From an uncultured Bacilli bacterium (lineage in GTDB: Bacteria > Bacillota_I > Bacilli_A > RFN20 > CAG-826): a DNA stretch of 64,000 nt. Position numbers and translations under genes: made by a program. A model generated the notes under the pieces. The model worked only from the letters and a program-made list of their open reading frames with translations. It was not told where the DNA came from and made no database searches. Where the stretch lies: contig CAKPBC010000001.1 of the NCBI GenBank assembly GCA_934140155.1, positions 589,009-653,008 on the forward strand, written 5' to 3'. This document shows positions 61,743 through 64,000 of this stretch, in pieces; position 1 is the first letter of the stretch; every line of letters begins with the position of its first letter.

Positions 61743-63132
61743 TAACGAATTACCTACTGATGATTATAAGTATGGTTTTAAAAATGAAGATGTTTCTATT
61801 GCTAATACCGGTAAAGGTTTAAATGAAGATGTTATAAGAGAAATCTCTAAATTAAAAAACGAACCAGAATGGATGTTAGAATTTCGCTTGAAAGCATACA
61901 AATTATTCAAACAATTACCACTTCCTTCTTTTGGACCAGACTTATCAAATTTAGACTTTGATTCTTTTACATACTTTATTCGTCCTTCTGAAAAAGTAGA
62001 AAATAGTTGGGAAAAAGTACCTGAAAAAATCAAAGAAACTTTTGATAAATTAGGAATTCCGGAAGCTGAACAAAAGTATTTAGCGGGTGTTTCTACCCAA
62101 TACGAATCTGAAGTTGTTTATCATAATATGCTTAAAGAAGTTCAAGATAAAGGTGTTATTTTTCTTGATACTGACTCAGCTTTAAAAGCTTGCCCAGAAT
62201 TATTTAAAAAATATTTTAATAGTGTTGTTTCAGTGGGAGATAATAAATTCTCTGCACTTAATGGAGCGGTGTGGTCAGGAGGATCATTTATATATGTTCC
62301 TAAAGGCGTACATCTAGAAAAACCACTTCAATCATATTTTAGAATTAATAATGAAAAATCCGGACAATTTGAACGTACTTTGATTATTGTTGATGAAGGC
62401 GCTGATGTGCATTATGTTGAAGGATGTACCGCCCCAACATATTCAAAAGAATCTTTACATGCTGCAGTGGTAGAAATTATTATTTTAAAAGGCGGAAAAT
62501 GTCGTTATTCAACTGTTCAAAACTGGTCTAATAATATTGTTAATTTAGTTACTAAACGCGCTCTTGTTATGGAAAATGCCCAAATGGAATGGATTGACGG
62601 TAATATTGGCAGCCAAGTAAATATGAAATATCCTGCTTGTATTTTAGCGGGAAGAGGAGCAAAAGGCACATGTATTTCAGTTGCTGTTGCTTCTCATAAT
62701 CAATATCAAGATGCTGGAGCAAGAATGATTCATTTAGCACCAGATACAGTATCCACTATTATATCAAAATCAATTGTTAGAAATGGCGGGGTTGCTAATT
62801 ATCGTGGCACTGTTCGTCATACTAGAAATGCTATAAATTGTAGAAGTCACGTTGAATGTGACACATTAATACTTGATAATATTTCACGAAGTGATACAAT
62901 TCCTACGAATGAAGTCATGAATGACGAATCATTTATTGAGCATGAAGCTACAGTTTCGAAGATTAGTGAAGATCAATTATTCTATTTAATGTCACGTGGA
63001 ATATCAGAAAAAGATGCCACTCAAATGATTATTATGGGATTTATTGAGCCTTTCTCAAGAGAACTTCCTATGGAATATGCTGTAGAACTCAATCAATTAA
63101 TTAAAATGGACATGGAAGGAAGCGTAGGATAG
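61735..63132 (+). CDS. sufB: Fe-S cluster assembly scaffold SufB
   Basis: YKYGF start, [41 protein letters not shown] motifs. Start overlaps the sufU stop (ATGAATAA). Confidence 0.95.
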   Translation: MNNNELPTDDYKYGFKNEDVSIANTGKGLNEDVIREISKLKNEPEWMLEFRLKAYKLFKQLPLPSFGPDLSNLDFDSFTYFIRPSEKVENSWEKVPEKIKETFDKLGIPEAEQKYLAGVSTQYESEVVYHNMLKEVQDKGVIFLDTDSALKACPELFKKYFNSVVSVGDNKFSALNGAVWSGGSFIYVPKGVHLEKPLQSYFRINNEKSGQFERTLIIVDEGADVHYVEGCTAPTYSKESLHAAVVEIIILKGGKCRYSTVQNWSNNIVNLVTKRALVMENAQMEWIDGNIGSQVNMKYPACILAGRGAKGTCISVAVASHNQYQDAGARMIHLAPDTVSTIISKSIVRNGGVANYRGTVRHTRNAINCRSHVECDTLILDNISRSDTIPTNEVMNDESFIEHEATVSKISEDQLFYLMSRGISEKDATQMIIMGFIEPFSRELPMEYAVELNQLIKMDMEGSVG

Positions 63133-64000
63133 TGAAGTACGATTATGACATCATTGTTGTTGGCGGTGGACACGCTGGCATGGAAGCGAGTTTAGCTAGT
63201 GCTCATATGGGCGCTAGTACTTTGCTATTAACTTTAAATATTAAAATGATGTCGAATATGCCGTGTAATCCATCTATTGGAGGATCGGCAAAAGGCATTG
63301 TAGTACGTGAGATAGATGCTTTAGGCGGAATGATGTCTAAAGGCGCCGATCATGAATATTTACAAATGAAAATGCTTAACACTGGTAAAGGACCAGGTGT
63401 CCAATGTTTAAGAGCGCAAGAAGATAAAAAATCTTATCCACGCTATATGCAAAATATTGCTTTAAATACTAAGAATTTAACAGTTAGAGAAGGAATGGTA
63501 ACTGCATTGCTTCATGATGATGAAAAAGTATTTGGAGTAGTTGTTAATAATGAAGAAAAAATATATGCAAAAGCTGTTATTTTAACAACAGGAACATATA
63601 TGGAATCATGTATTTTAAGAGGTCATCATAAAGAAAGTGCTGGTCCAGATGGTGAAAAACCTTCTTTAGGATTATCTCCATATTTAGCCTCAATGGGTAT
63701 TAAATTATTAAGACTTAAAACTGGTACTCCTCCACGTATTCAAAAGGATTCTATTGATTACTCGGTTATGGAACCACAATATGGTACAGAAGGTAATTTG
63801 GGCTTTTCTTATGAAACAAAAGTATTTAAACCATTAAAAGATCAAGCTTTATGTTGGTTAATATATACAACACCAGAGACACATCAAATTATTCGTGATA
63901 ATTTGAAAGAATCCGCGATGTATAGTGGACTTGTTCGTGGCATTGGACCAAGATATTGTCCAAGTATTGAAGATAAAATTGTGCGTTTTGCCGATAAACC
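63132..64000 (+). CDS. mnmG: tRNA uridine-5-carboxymethylaminomethyl synthesis enzyme MnmG (GidA), 5' partial (runs off window)
   Basis: Not in the ORF track because it is open-ended. [27 protein letters not shown]...MPCNPSIGGSAKGIVVREIDALGG...GPRYCPSIEDKI is canonical MnmG. GTG start overlaps the sufB stop by 1 nt. Confidence 0.9.
   Translation, partial: MKYDYDIIVVGGGHAGMEASLASAHMGASTLLLTLNIKMMSNMPCNPSIGGSAKGIVVREIDALGGMMSKGADHEYLQMKMLNTGKGPGVQCLRAQEDKKSYPRYMQNIALNTKNLTVREGMVTALLHDDEKVFGVVVNNEEKIYAKAVILTTGTYMESCILRGHHKESAGPDGEKPSLGLSPYLASMGIKLLRLKTGTPPRIQKDSIDYSVMEPQYGTEGNLGFSYETKVFKPLKDQALCWLIYTTPETHQIIRDNLKESAMYSGLVRGIGPRYCPSIEDKIVRFADK

Overview
This 64-kb window comes from a very AT-rich bacterial chromosome that uses the standard code: long ORFs end at TGA and Trp is TGG. 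The gene content includes PolC, SufCDSUB, many lipobox proteins and an alMGS-like GT4 glucosyl-diacylglycerol synthase. This suggests a low-GC Bacillota/Mycoplasmatota lineage, for example Acholeplasma- or Erysipelotrichia-like, but the lineage is inference only. Bases 3.9-29.6 kb form a housekeeping backbone collinear with the Bacillus-type array rplS...dprA-topA-trmFO-xerC...rpsB-tsf-pyrH-frr-uppS-cdsA-dxr-rseP-polC. Bases 51-64 kb are housekeeping again: glycolipid GT, recX, yhaM, hit, PrsA-like lipoproteins, the suf operon and mnmG. Two stretches look accessory. (i) A self-contained three-gene cassette (17.1-21.0 kb) is wedged between frr and uppS. It encodes an XRE-HTH/helical-repeat/HEPN-like protein, an orphan protein, and a DEDDh exonuclease with a BRCT-like tail. 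This is my best candidate for an undescribed defence-type system. (ii) A roughly 21-kb variable region lies downstream of tRNA-Pro(CGG) (29.6-51.0 kb), bracketed by intact and decayed copies of an AlbA_2/Schlafen-type HTH regulator. It contains a G11 tract inside a promoter-like spacer, an orphan AgrA/AgrC-like two-component system followed by perfect 13-bp direct-repeat boxes, an untracked 45-aa ORF, a surface glycan-binding/permuted-GH3 cluster, DUF2207-LemA, and a GtrA-Cof fusion. I saw no rRNA, CRISPR array, transposase or prophage structural genes. All domain calls come from motif recognition by eye and need profile searches.
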